Shown: positions 27,851 to 38,584, counted from the stretch's first letter. The stretch is 64,000 nt of DNA from Candidatus Calidihabitans tengchongensis (GCA_031459615.1 JAVKIE010000001.1:66300-130299), one strand, 5' to 3'. The notes: generated from the sequence alone by a model not told the origin. A program made the numbers and translations.

Positions 27851-27994
27851 AAGAGGGAAAAGGGAAGAGGGAAGAAGGAAGAGGGAAAGGATTGGATCGG
27901 CAGAGTCCGTAGACCGCGCAGGTCGCGGGGATTGCGCAGATGGCGCAGATCGCGCCGATCGGGGAGATCGAGTAGAGCGGGCAGATCGAGTAGA

Positions 27995-28020
27995 TTGACC
28001 TCAGGACGCTGTGGTACAAT
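27995..28020 (+). promoter_or_regulatory. extended -10 promoter (TGgTACAAT) for rplU-rpmA-obg
   Basis: TTGACC, a 14-nt spacer, then TGGTACAAT ending 25 nt before the rplU start. The short spacer means the TG-extended -10 probably dominates. Confidence 0.5.
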
Positions 28021-28045
28021 ACGCCGGGTTCGGAGGAGGATGCCG

Positions 28046-28375
28046 GTGGCCGGCGTGTACGCCATCATCGAAACGGGAGGCAAGCAGTATCGGGTCGCCG
28101 AGGGGGCCATGGTCCAGGTCGAGCGCCTCGACCTCACCCCGGGCGCCACGGTGACCTTTGACCGGGTCCTGCTGGTCGGCGGTGAGGGTGGCACGCGGGT
28201 GGGCACTCCGGTGGTCCCCGGCGCCACCGTCACCGCCACGGTGATGGCGCACGGCCGGAGCCGGAAGATCCTGGTCCTCAAGTACAAACCCAAGTCCCAC
28301 TACCGGCGACGGCTGGGGCACCGGCAGGCCTACACGCTGCTGCGCATCGATCGGATCGAGGCGGGCGGCCGGTAG
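28046..28375 (+). CDS. rplU: 50S ribosomal protein L21
   Basis: VYAIIETGGKQYRV...KYKPKSHYRRRLGHRQ. GTG start 6 nt after GGAGGAGG. Confidence 0.85.
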   Translation: MAGVYAIIETGGKQYRVAEGAMVQVERLDLTPGATVTFDRVLLVGGEGGTRVGTPVVPGATVTATVMAHGRSRKILVLKYKPKSHYRRRLGHRQAYTLLRIDRIEAGGR

Positions 28376-28390
28376 GGGGGAGGTGTTCCG

Positions 28391-29747
<1,357 letters not shown>

Positions 29748-29762
29748 CGGCGGAGGACACCG

Positions 29763-30389
29763 GTGGCGGCCGTCGGCGTGATGGGGGGGACGTTCGACCC
29801 GATTCACTACGGACACCTGGTGACCGCAGAGGAGGCCCGGGTCCAGTTTCGCCTGGACCGGGTCCTGTTCGTGCCCAACCGCTATCCGCCCCACAAACGC
29901 CTGGATGGCGTGAGCGACCCGGAGCACCGCTATCGGATGACCCTGCTGGCCACGGCCACGAACCCGCACTTTGCCGTCTCCCGCATCGAGATCGACCGCC
30001 CGGGGCCGTCGTACACCATCGACACCATCCGGCAGTTGCGCGAGACCTACGCGGCCGCCGACCTGTTCTACATCACCGGGGCCGACGCCATCCTGCAGAT
30101 CGTGCGCGGCGCCTGGGAGAGGGCCGCCGAACTGCTGACCCTGTGCCAGTTCATCGCCGCCAGCCGTCCCGGCTTTCCCATCGACGCCCATGACCTCCGC
30201 CGGTTCAACGTCACCGGCACCCAGCTGGCCAACATCCACGTCATGGAGATTCCCGCCCTGGCCATCTCCAGCACCGACATCCGCCAGCGGGTGGCCCGGG
30301 GGCGCCCCATCCGCTACCTGGTCCCGGAGCCGGTGGAGGTGTACATCCACAAGCACGGGCTGTACCGCCGGGGGGGCGCATCCCCGTGA
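29763..30389 (+). CDS. nadD: nicotinate-nucleotide adenylyltransferase
   Basis: GGTFDPIHYGH (HxGH) and ISSTDIR motifs. Confidence 0.85.
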   Translation: MAAVGVMGGTFDPIHYGHLVTAEEARVQFRLDRVLFVPNRYPPHKRLDGVSDPEHRYRMTLLATATNPHFAVSRIEIDRPGPSYTIDTIRQLRETYAAADLFYITGADAILQIVRGAWERAAELLTLCQFIAASRPGFPIDAHDLRRFNVTGTQLANIHVMEIPALAISSTDIRQRVARGRPIRYLVPEPVEVYIHKHGLYRRGGASP

Positions 30390-30730
30390 CCGCGCCGCGG
30401 GCGCTGGCGGTGCGCGCCGCCAGCGCCATGGAGGCCAAGAAGGCCGCGGACGTGGTCATCCTGGAGATCGGCGCCTTCACCCCGGTGGCCGATTACTTCG
30501 TGATCGGATCTGCCGACACGGCGGTGCAGATCCGGGCCATCACGGAAGCCGTGGAGGAGGCCATGGCCGAGGCCGGCGTCCCCCTCCTCGGACGCGAGGG
30601 GCATGCCCGGGCCCGGTGGATCCTGCTCGACTTCGGAGCGGTGGTGGTGCACGTCTTCGGGCCGGAGGCACGGGCGCTGTACGACCTGGAACGGCTGTGG
30701 GCCGATGCGCCCATCGTGGTGGAGCGGTAG
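30386..30730 (+). CDS. rsfS: ribosomal silencing factor RsfS (Iojap)
   Basis: DYFVIGSADTAVQIRAI...WILLDFGAVVVHVF. GTGA overlap with nadD. No yqeK lies between them. Confidence 0.85.
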   Translation: MTAPRALAVRAASAMEAKKAADVVILEIGAFTPVADYFVIGSADTAVQIRAITEAVEEAMAEAGVPLLGREGHARARWILLDFGAVVVHVFGPEARALYDLERLWADAPIVVER

Positions 30731-30742
30731 GGGAGGCGCGCC

Positions 30743-31597
30743 GTGCGCGTGGCGATCCGTCCGGCTGCCCCCGACGACGTCCCGGTCCTGGTGGAGCTGT
30801 ATGACCACGCCTACCGCGGCGGGTACTCGGCCTGCCTGGACCGCTACGGCCCCGCGCGCCCGCAGGACTTCTGGTGGCTGCAGGCCGAAAAGTCGGTGCA
30901 CCTGATCGACATCGACCGCCGGCCCGCCGGCGTGATCGTCGTCGGGCAGGTCGCCCGCCAGGCGCTGGCCGAGGAGGTGCTGGTCCGTCCCCCCCACGAC
31001 CTGGGCGGCGGCGAGGCCCGGACGCTGCTGCAGTCCATCTTCGACTTCCTGGTGGAGATGTTCCAGCGGGCGCGCCAGGACCGGCTGACGGTGCGGTGCG
31101 CGGAGGCCAACGCGTGGGCTCTGGCGCTGGTTCACCGGTTCGGGTTCACCCTGAGCAGCGCGCTGGTGGTGGCCCGCGGGATGGATCGGGGGCCGGCGGA
31201 TCCCCCTCCCGGGTACACCGTGCGCCGGGCGGCGGCCGACGATGCCCGCGCCATCGCGCGGCTGCGCGACGACGTCTTTCCGGCGCTGACGCTGCCCGCA
31301 GATCCGGGGCGCGGCGAGGTGTGGGCGGTGCTGGCGGAACGGCAGTCGGTGCCGGTGGGGATGGGTCTGCTGCGCGCCGACGGCCCGGTGGGTCGCTGGA
31401 CGGTGGGCGTGCGCGAGGCCCACCGGCGGCGGGGGGTGGGCACCGCGCTGGCCCGCGAGGTGGCCGTCGTGGCCAGGGACCGCCGGCTGGTTCCCCTGAC
31501 CACCTACTGGGCGCTGGACGCGGCCGCCTCCGGTTTCGTCCGCCATCTGGGAGCCTGCACCGAGCGCGTCTACCTGTACTTCGAGAGGCCCCTCTGA
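30743..31597 (+). CDS. tandem-GNAT N-acetyltransferase (MshD-like architecture)
   Basis: Two consecutive GNAT acetyl-CoA sites, one about residues 60-140 and one about 150-280 (RRRGVGTAL). 284 aa. Confidence 0.65.
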   Translation: MRVAIRPAAPDDVPVLVELYDHAYRGGYSACLDRYGPARPQDFWWLQAEKSVHLIDIDRRPAGVIVVGQVARQALAEEVLVRPPHDLGGGEARTLLQSIFDFLVEMFQRARQDRLTVRCAEANAWALALVHRFGFTLSSALVVARGMDRGPADPPPGYTVRRAAADDARAIARLRDDVFPALTLPADPGRGEVWAVLAERQSVPVGMGLLRADGPVGRWTVGVREAHRRRGVGTALAREVAVVARDRRLVPLTTYWALDAAASGFVRHLGACTERVYLYFERPL

Positions 31598-31710
31598 GTC
31601 CGTGGCATCGCGCCCCTCCGGCGGCCGGCCGTCCTCGTCCGGCGGCGTGGGCGGCGTATCGTCAGGTCCTGTCCATCCGCACCTATCCCGTCCTGGTCGT
31701 CGGGAGACTG

Positions 31711-32889
31711 GTGGACTGGCTGAGCGTGGAGGTCACCGCCCTGGCCGGGGTGTGGCTGGTCCTCCAGAGGGGTCGCTCGGCCGAAGCCGTGGGCGTCCTG
31801 CTTCTCGTCCGCGGCCTCGTGCGGGCGGCCGGGGCCCTGGTCGCCGGCCCCATCCTCGACCGGGTGGACCGCCGGACGGTCCTGGTGGGCACCTGCGCCC
31901 TGCGGGCCGGGATCCTGGCGCTGCTCGGCACCCTGGCCTCCGGCGATGCCGTGAGCCTGCCGGGCATCTATGCCCTGCTGGGCGCCGACGCCCTGCTGGC
32001 GGCGTTCACCCTTCTCGGCCCGGAGATGCTGGCCGCGGCCTATGTGGGGCCCGAGCGCCTGACCACCGCCAACGCGCTGCTGGACCTGGCCAGCCAGATG
32101 GCCACGCTGACCGGGCCGGCCGCGGGAGGGCTGCTGGCGTCGGGGCTGGGAGCTCCCCGGACCCTGGAGGTGGCGGGGGCCCTGCTGATGGCCGGCGCGA
32201 TCATCTTCCTCCGGCTGCCTCCCTCGCCAGCCCATGCCCGGGCAGCCGACTCCGGCGGCGGGCGCCACCTGATCGCCGGCATCGCCTACCTGGCCGGGCA
32301 CCGGGGCCTGCGGTCGCTGACGGCGCTCACGTTTGCGTACAATTTTGCCTACGGGCCTCTGGAGGTCGCCCTGCCCGTGCTGGTCCGGGACGTGCTGGGC
32401 TCCGGACCGCGGGCGCTGGGCGCCCTGTGGTCGGCGTTCGCGGCGGGCTGGATGGCCGGCGGCCTGCTGTGCGGTGCCATCCGCTGGGAGGGACGATCGT
32501 GGGCCGGGCTGGCCGCCAGCCCGCTCCTGTGGGGCATCCTGACCGTGGCCCTCCCGTGGGCCGGGGGCATATCCCCGGCGGCAGCGATGATGGCCTCTGG
32601 CGGCGTGGTCTTTGCTCCCTATCCCATCCTGGCGCTGACCGCCCGCCAGAGGGCGACACCCGACCACCTGCGCGGTCGGGTGTTCTCCGCGTACGCCGCG
32701 GTGGTGGCTCTGGGCGTTCCCCTGGGCGCCGCGCTGGGCGGGTGGATGGTGTCGCGGGCCGGCGTGGCCGGCGGGGTGGTGGGGGCTAGCGCCCTCTCCG
32801 TCCTGCTGGGGGTGGCCGCCTGGAGGTGGCCGGCTCTGCGGGACCTGGACGCCGCCGACGGGAAGTCTAAACCTCCGCCCGGCGGGTAA
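31711..32889 (+). CDS. MFS transporter (N-terminus unresolved)
   Basis: 12-TM MFS with conserved GPILDRVDRR loop 2-3. The family normally begins about 25 aa upstream (AWAAYRQVLSIRTYPVLVVGRL is in frame and clearly part of the protein). The only in-frame ATG/GTG/TTG after the upstream stop is GTG 31711. Confidence 0.65.
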   Translation: MDWLSVEVTALAGVWLVLQRGRSAEAVGVLLLVRGLVRAAGALVAGPILDRVDRRTVLVGTCALRAGILALLGTLASGDAVSLPGIYALLGADALLAAFTLLGPEMLAAAYVGPERLTTANALLDLASQMATLTGPAAGGLLASGLGAPRTLEVAGALLMAGAIIFLRLPPSPAHARAADSGGGRHLIAGIAYLAGHRGLRSLTALTFAYNFAYGPLEVALPVLVRDVLGSGPRALGALWSAFAAGWMAGGLLCGAIRWEGRSWAGLAASPLLWGILTVALPWAGGISPAAAMMASGGVVFAPYPILALTARQRATPDHLRGRVFSAYAAVVALGVPLGAALGGWMVSRAGVAGGVVGASALSVLLGVAAWRWPALRDLDAADGKSKPPPGG

Positions 32890-32942
32890 GACCGTCGTGC
32901 GGGAGGTTTGATGGCAGTTTCAGCGAATTCCGGGAGGGCACC

Positions 32943-33605
32943 GTGGCCGAGCGCGGGAAGGCGGGATCGGGGCGCAAGTTCAGCATCACCATCCAGGTGC
33001 CCGAGGAAGTGGGCGCCGGCTGGCCGGACCGCGCCACCGCCGAGCGCCTGATCCACGAGGTCTACCAGGCCATGGGCGGTCAGGTCCCCGCCGCCCGGCC
33101 CGGACCCCGGTCGCGCGCGGCGGCGCTCCTCCTGGCGTTCGCCCTGGGCGCAGCCAGTGGCTACCTGGGCGCGGCAGGCCTTCCGCTTCTGCGGCCCCGC
33201 AGCGCGGGCCCACCCGCCGTCCAGCCGGCTCCGGCGCCTGCCGCCTCCGCACCGGAATCTCCCGCCCCCGCGGAGGCGTCGCCTCCCGCTGCGTCGGCGG
33301 AGGCGGAACCGACGACCCCGCAGCCGTCCCCGCAGGCGCCGCCGGCGGAGCCGTCCGCCGCATCTCCGGCACCCGTCGCGCCCGCCGCCGAGTACCGGGT
33401 GCAGGCGGGGGCGTTCCGCCAGCGCGCGAACGCCGTGGCCCAGGTGGGACGCCTGGCGCGGGACGGTTTCCAGGCGGAGATCCGCCGCTCGGGGATCCTG
33501 TACGTGGTGGTGGTCGGGCCGCCGCACTCCCGCGAGGACGCCGACCTGCTGGCGGCGCGGCTGCGGGAGCGCGGCTACGACGCCCTGGTCGTCCGCGCGC
33601 CTTAG
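32943..33605 (+). CDS. SPOR-domain protein with Pro/Ala-rich linker
   Basis: C-terminal YRVQAGAFRQRANAVAQV...ILYVVVVGPPHSREDADLLAARL matches the SPOR (sporulation-related repeat) domain. GTG start with GGGAGGG RBS. Confidence 0.7.
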   Translation: MAERGKAGSGRKFSITIQVPEEVGAGWPDRATAERLIHEVYQAMGGQVPAARPGPRSRAAALLLAFALGAASGYLGAAGLPLLRPRSAGPPAVQPAPAPAASAPESPAPAEASPPAASAEAEPTTPQPSPQAPPAEPSAASPAPVAPAAEYRVQAGAFRQRANAVAQVGRLARDGFQAEIRRSGILYVVVVGPPHSREDADLLAARLRERGYDALVVRAP

Positions 33606-33951
33606 GACAGCAGGCCGGCGCGCGCCCCACGGCCGCCTCGACCCCGGCCGATGGATCTCCCCACGGATCACCGCGCTCCCGTGGCGTCGTTGACGGTGCG
33701 CGCCGGCTGCGGCTATAATGGCGCTTAGCCTGCCGCCCCGCTGTGCGGGGCGGCCGCATAGACAGGCGACGACCGGAAGTAGTAGGCCGGCCTGCGGCCC
33801 AGCGAGCCGGCAGCCGATGAGACGCCGGCGCCGGACAGCCGGCCGAACTCGTCCGGGAGCCGCCCGCCGAACCCGAGACCGGCGTGTGTCGGTTGTCGGC
33901 GTAGGTCGGGCCGGGAGGCCGCACGAGACGCGGCAGGGAGAGGACAGCCGG

Positions 33952-34026
33952 GGGCCTGTAGCTCAGCGGGAGAGCGCCCGCTTGGCGTGCGGGAGGTCGC
34001 GGGTTCAATTCCCGCCAGGTCCACCA
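33952..34026 (+). tRNA. tRNA-Ala (anticodon GGC), CCA-encoded
   Basis: Hand-folded cloverleaf. Acceptor stem GGGCCTG/CAGGTCC with the G3:U70 alanine identity pair. Anticodon loop TTGGCGT. T-loop GGGTTCAATTCCC. 3' ACCA. Confidence 0.85.
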
Positions 34027-34054
34027 TCGGGGCTGTCAACCGGGGTGGTACCAC

Positions 34055-34095
34055 GGAGGCCGCCTTCGTCCCCGAGACGGAGGCGGGTTTTTTGT
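34055..34095 (+). terminator. rho-independent terminator after tRNA-Ala
   Basis: GC-rich hairpin (ggaggccgcc...ggaggcgg) followed by GGGTTTTTTGTT. Confidence 0.6.
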
Positions 34096-34138
34096 TGCGG
34101 CCGCCGGAGGCGAGCCGGCGGGCCGGGGGAGGCGGGAA

Positions 34139-35080
34139 ATGACGCCCGGCAGGATGGTGTGGTGTGACGGACGCCTGGTGCCCACCGAGCAGGCGACGGT
34201 GTCGGTCCTGGCCCACGCGCTGCACTACGGCAGCAGCGTCTTTGAGGGCATCCGGGCCTACCGCACCCCGCGGGGTCCGGCGGTCTTCTGCCTGGGGCCG
34301 CACCTGGCGCGGCTGCGGGACAGCTGCCGCATCTTCCGCATGGAGCTGCCGTACACCGCCGAGCAGCTGGAGGACGCCGTGGTCCAGACGGTGCGGGCCA
34401 GCGGGTTCGACTCCTGTTACATCCGGCCCATCGTCTTCCGGGGGGCGGGCTCGTTCAGCCTGGACCCGCGCCGGTCGCCCCTGCACGTGGCCGTCATCGT
34501 GGTGGAGTGGGGCCGGTACCTGGGCGCCGACGCCATCGAGCAGGGCGTGGACGTGATGGTCAGCTCCTGGAGGCGCCTCGCGCCCGGCACGGGGACGCCC
34601 ATGGGGAAGATCGGCGGCCAGTACGTCACCTCCCAGTTCATCACCATGGAGGCGGCCGACCTGGGGTATGCCGAGGGGATCGCCCTGGACAGCGCCGGAT
34701 TCGTCAGCGAGGGCAGCGGGGAGAACATCTTCGTGGTGAAGGACGGGGTGGTGTACACGCCGCCGCTGACCAGCGCGATCCTGCCCGGGGTCACCCGGGG
34801 AGTGGTGATGACCTTGTGCGCCGACCTGGGCATTCCGGTGCGGGAGGCGCCCCTGCTGCGGGACTTCCTGTACGTGGCCGATGAGATCTTCTTCACCGGC
34901 ACCGCGGCGGAAATCACCCCCGTCCGCTCGGTGGACCGCATTCCCGTCGGCGCCGGGCGCGGGCCCGTGACCCGGCGGTTGCAGGAGGAGTTTTTCGGCA
35001 TCACCGACGGCCGCGTGCCCGACCGGCACGGCTGGCTGACATACGTCCAGGCCGCCCGCCCGGCGGCGGAGGCGCGGTGA
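34139..35080 (+). CDS. ilvE: branched-chain amino acid aminotransferase (class IV)
   Basis: Fold-type IV PLP enzyme with characteristic EGIRAY...GT(A/G)AE motifs. Confidence 0.85.
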   Translation: MTPGRMVWCDGRLVPTEQATVSVLAHALHYGSSVFEGIRAYRTPRGPAVFCLGPHLARLRDSCRIFRMELPYTAEQLEDAVVQTVRASGFDSCYIRPIVFRGAGSFSLDPRRSPLHVAVIVVEWGRYLGADAIEQGVDVMVSSWRRLAPGTGTPMGKIGGQYVTSQFITMEAADLGYAEGIALDSAGFVSEGSGENIFVVKDGVVYTPPLTSAILPGVTRGVVMTLCADLGIPVREAPLLRDFLYVADEIFFTGTAAEITPVRSVDRIPVGAGRGPVTRRLQEEFFGITDGRVPDRHGWLTYVQAARPAAEAR

Positions 35081-35084
35081 TCCC

Positions 35085-37565
35085 ATGGACCGCTACGACC
35101 CGACCCGCATTGAAGCCAAGTGGCAGGCCCGCTGGGAGGCCGATCGCCTGTACGAGGCGAAGGACTTCGACCCCCGCCCCAAGTTCTACTTCCTGACCAT
35201 GTTCCCGTACCCGTCGGGGGACCTGCACATCGGACACTGGTACGCCATGGCGCCCAGCGACGCGGGAGCGCGCTTCCGGCGCATGCAGGGGTACAATGTG
35301 ATGTTCCCCATCGGCTTCGACGCCTTCGGCCTGCCCGCCGAGAACGCCGCCATCCAGCACGGGATCCACCCCTACCGCTGGACGATGGACAACATCGCCC
35401 GCATGCGCGTCCAGCTGCGATCCATGGGCGCCATGTGGGACTGGTCCCGGGAGATCATCACCTGCGATCCGGAGTACTACCGGTGGAACCAGTGGTTCTT
35501 CCTGAAGATGTACGAGCGCGGGCTGGCCTACCGGGCCCTGGCGCCGGTGGACTGGTGTCCCCAGGACAACACCACCCTGGCCCGGGAGCAGGTGGTGGGC
35601 GAGGAGCGCGTGTGCGAGCGGTGCGGGACGCCGGTGGTCAAGAAGACCCTGGAGCAGTGGTTCCTGCGGATCACCGCCTACGCCGAAGAGCTGCTGGACT
35701 TTTCGGAGATCGACTGGCCCGAGCGGGTGCGGGTCCTGCAGGAGAACTGGATCGGCCGCAGCCGGGGCGTGGAGTTCGACCTGCCGGTACAGGGACACCC
35801 GGGAGTGTCGTTCCGGGTGTTCACCACGCGGCCCGACACGGTGTACGGCATGACCTTCGCGGTCCTGGCGCCCGAACACCCGCTGGTGGACGTGCTGACG
35901 ACCCCCGATCGCCGGGCGGAGGTGGAGGCGTACAAGTACAAGGCGGCCCGGGAGTCGGACATCGAGCGGCTGTCCACCGAGCGGGAGAGGGACGGCGTCT
36001 TCATCGGGGCGTACGCCATCAACCCGATGAACGGGGAGCCGGTCCCCATCTTCATCGCCGACTACGTGCTGCTGACCTACGGCACCGGCGCCATCCAGGG
36101 GGTGCCCGCCCACGACCAGCGGGACTTCGAATTCGCCCGGCGCTACGGTCTGCCCATCCGGGTCGTGGTGGCTCCTCCCGGGTGGACCGGCGCGCCCCTG
36201 CCGGAGGCCTACCTGGACGAGGGGACGATGGTGAACTCGGGGCCGTTTGACGGCCTGCCCTCCCGGGAGGGGTGGGAGCGGATCGCCGAGTACATGGAGC
36301 AGCGGGGCATCGGCCGCCGGGCCGTGCACTACCGCCTGCACGACTGGCTGATCAGCCGGCAGCGGTACTGGGGCACGCCCATTCCCATCATCTACTGCGG
36401 TCACTGCGGGACCGTGCCGGTCCCCGAACGCGACCTGCCGGTGCTGCTGCCCATGGATGCCCAGTTCCTGCCCACGGGCGAGTCCCCCCTGAAGTACCAT
36501 GAGGGGTTCCGGCGGACCCGCTGCCCCCGGTGCGGGCGGGAGGCCGAGCGGGAGACGGACACCATGGACACCTTCGTGGACTCCTCGTGGTACCAGTACC
36601 GCTACGTGAGCCCCCACTACCGGGAGGGCCCGTTCGACCCGCGGGCGGGGGCCTACTGGCTGCCCGTGGACCAGTACACCGGCGGCGTGGAGCACGCCGT
36701 CATGCACCTGCTGTACACGCGCTTTTGGACCAAGGTCATGCGTGACCTGGGGCTGGTCGCCTTCGGCGAGCCGATGCTGCGCCTGTTCAACCAGGGCGTG
36801 ATCCTGGGCGAAGACGGGGAGAAGATGAGCAAGTCCCGGGGCAACGTGGTGAACCCCGACGACTTCGTGCGCGCCGTGGGCGCCGACACGGTGCGGGCGT
36901 ACCTGATGTTCATCGGTCCCTGGGAGGGCGGCGGTCCCTGGAACAGCCGCGGCATCGACGGCGTGCACCGGTTCCTGCACCGGGTGTGGAACCTGGTGGT
37001 CGGCACCGAGGGGAACGCGGGGACGCGCGAACCGGGGAAGGGGGACGCGGAGCCCGGATCCCGGACTGCGGACTCGGACCTGGCGCAGCTGCGCCACTGG
37101 ACCCACCGGACCATCAAGAAGGTGACCGAGGACCTGGAGGGCTTCCACTTCAACACGGCCCTGGCCGCCCTCATGGAGTTTACCAACTACCTGTACCGGG
37201 TCCGGTCCCGCCACGCGGGAACGCCCGCCTGGCGGGAGGCGATCCGCGCCCTGGTCCTGATGCTGGCCCCCATGACGCCCCACATCGCCGAAGAACTGTG
37301 GGAGCGGTTGGGCGAGCCCTACAGCGTCCACACCCAGTCCTGGCCGGCCTACGATCCCGAGCTGGCGCGGGCCGCAACCATCACCCTGGTCCTGCAGGTG
37401 GACGGGAAGGTCCGGGACCGGGTGGAGGTGCCCGCCGACCTCACCGAGGCCCAGGCCCGGGAGCTGGCCCTGAGCAACGAGAAGGTCCGCCGCTTCCTGG
37501 ACGGGCGGGAAGTGGCCGACGTCATCGTCGTTCCCGGCCGGCTGGTGAACGTCGTGACCCGCTGA
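35085..37565 (+). CDS. leuS: leucyl-tRNA synthetase
   Basis: HIGH (HIGHWY), editing CP1 domain, KMSKS (KMSKSRGN) and zinc-knuckle cysteines. Confidence 0.95.
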   Translation: MDRYDPTRIEAKWQARWEADRLYEAKDFDPRPKFYFLTMFPYPSGDLHIGHWYAMAPSDAGARFRRMQGYNVMFPIGFDAFGLPAENAAIQHGIHPYRWTMDNIARMRVQLRSMGAMWDWSREIITCDPEYYRWNQWFFLKMYERGLAYRALAPVDWCPQDNTTLAREQVVGEERVCERCGTPVVKKTLEQWFLRITAYAEELLDFSEIDWPERVRVLQENWIGRSRGVEFDLPVQGHPGVSFRVFTTRPDTVYGMTFAVLAPEHPLVDVLTTPDRRAEVEAYKYKAARESDIERLSTERERDGVFIGAYAINPMNGEPVPIFIADYVLLTYGTGAIQGVPAHDQRDFEFARRYGLPIRVVVAPPGWTGAPLPEAYLDEGTMVNSGPFDGLPSREGWERIAEYMEQRGIGRRAVHYRLHDWLISRQRYWGTPIPIIYCGHCGTVPVPERDLPVLLPMDAQFLPTGESPLKYHEGFRRTRCPRCGREAERETDTMDTFVDSSWYQYRYVSPHYREGPFDPRAGAYWLPVDQYTGGVEHAVMHLLYTRFWTKVMRDLGLVAFGEPMLRLFNQGVILGEDGEKMSKSRGNVVNPDDFVRAVGADTVRAYLMFIGPWEGGGPWNSRGIDGVHRFLHRVWNLVVGTEGNAGTREPGKGDAEPGSRTADSDLAQLRHWTHRTIKKVTEDLEGFHFNTALAALMEFTNYLYRVRSRHAGTPAWREAIRALVLMLAPMTPHIAEELWERLGEPYSVHTQSWPAYDPELARAATITLVLQVDGKVRDRVEVPADLTEAQARELALSNEKVRRFLDGREVADVIVVPGRLVNVVTR

Positions 37566-37570
37566 GGACC

Positions 37571-38584
37571 TCAGGGCGCCAGCGCTTCCGCCACCACCGC
37601 GAGGGCGTCTGCGGGCAGGCTGCCTGCCACGGCCGCGGTGGTGGCGCCGGCCTGCCACAGGAGGACCCGGAAGTACCCCACGTCCACGATCCGCCCCATC
37701 CGGCCGGCGACCGGGTGTGGGGCGCCCACCTGCGGCACCGGCCACCGCGCCGCGGGCGCCAGGAACACGGTCAGCGCCCGCGCGCCGTCCGAATAGACGG
37801 CGGAGGCGAGGGTCAGAGCCCCCCGCCGCGCCACCGACCCGGCCCGGAACCGGTAGCCCCACGGCAACGCGGCCGGGACGGCGCGGGAGAGTCCCGCCTG
37901 GCGCGCCAGGGCGTCCGGACTGGCGACCGGGTCCCCGGACACGTACAGGGGGAGGATCCGCGCTCCGGCCGGCGGCGTGAACCGGAACAGCGCCGTGGGG
38001 ACGTTCAGGCCGAAGCCGATGCGGGTGAAGAAGCTGGTGAAGACCACCTGGCCGGCAACATCGCGCTCCTCGGTGCGCAGGACGACCCCGGTGGCCTCGT
38101 CCACCCAGTACCGTCGGCTGGCTCCCCCCTCCCGGGGCTCCAGGGCCACCACGATCGCGGGCCGGCCGATGACCTCCTCCCGACCCAAGACCGCCACCAG
38201 GGACGCCCGCCGGATGTCCGCCACGGACGGCGAGAAGGCCGGGCGCGCGAAGGACGGGTTCTGGATGACCAGGTGGTGGGCGGGTTCATACTGCCAGGCC
38301 ACGGCGCCGTCGTCGACCACCAGGCGTCCCGCCAGCCCGTCGGGGGAAAGGAACTCCAGCCGCAGCCGGCCCAGCCGCTTGTACGCCTCCAGCACGGTCA
38401 CCGTCTCGGCCCGCGGCCCGCGCACGGCGGTCATCACCTTGGTGCCCTCGTAGTCGATCACGCCGGGGGCGGCCAGCATGGCCTCCAGTACCCGGTCCGC
38501 CGACGGGAGCGGGGAGGCCGCGGATGCGGCAGCGAGGACCGCCCCCGCCAGCGTCGCAGCCATTGCCCCGGCGATCTTCCTCAT
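37571..38584 (-). CDS. secreted MucB/RseB-like (LolA-fold) protein, third gene of an ECF sigma operon
   Basis: Signal peptide MRKIAGAMAATLAGAVLAAASA. About 337 aa. Position after the sigma/anti-sigma pair with an ATGA overlap. The family call rests on context and size only. Confidence 0.45.
   Translation of the reverse strand: MRKIAGAMAATLAGAVLAAASAASPLPSADRVLEAMLAAPGVIDYEGTKVMTAVRGPRAETVTVLEAYKRLGRLRLEFLSPDGLAGRLVVDDGAVAWQYEPAHHLVIQNPSFARPAFSPSVADIRRASLVAVLGREEVIGRPAIVVALEPREGGASRRYWVDEATGVVLRTEERDVAGQVVFTSFFTRIGFGLNVPTALFRFTPPAGARILPLYVSGDPVASPDALARQAGLSRAVPAALPWGYRFRAGSVARRGALTLASAVYSDGARALTVFLAPAARWPVPQVGAPHPVAGRMGRIVDVGYFRVLLWQAGATTAAVAGSLPADALAVVAEALAP

Noticed and set aside
33770-33860. 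Possible SRP (4.5S/scRNA) domain IV in the tRNA-Ala leader (CCGGAAGTAGTAGG)
   Set aside because: Only partial resemblance to the GGUCCGGAAGGAAGCAGCC consensus. The symmetric and asymmetric loop motifs and closing helix could not be reconstructed by hand.
33718-34167. 149-aa ORF overlapping tRNA-Ala and its terminator
   Set aside because: It overlaps a confidently folded tRNA and an intrinsic terminator. The translation is Arg/Pro-rich.
35001-37862. 953-aa minus-strand ORF antisense to leuS
   Set aside because: leuS on the plus strand is unambiguous (HIGH/KMSKS). The antisense ORF is low complexity.
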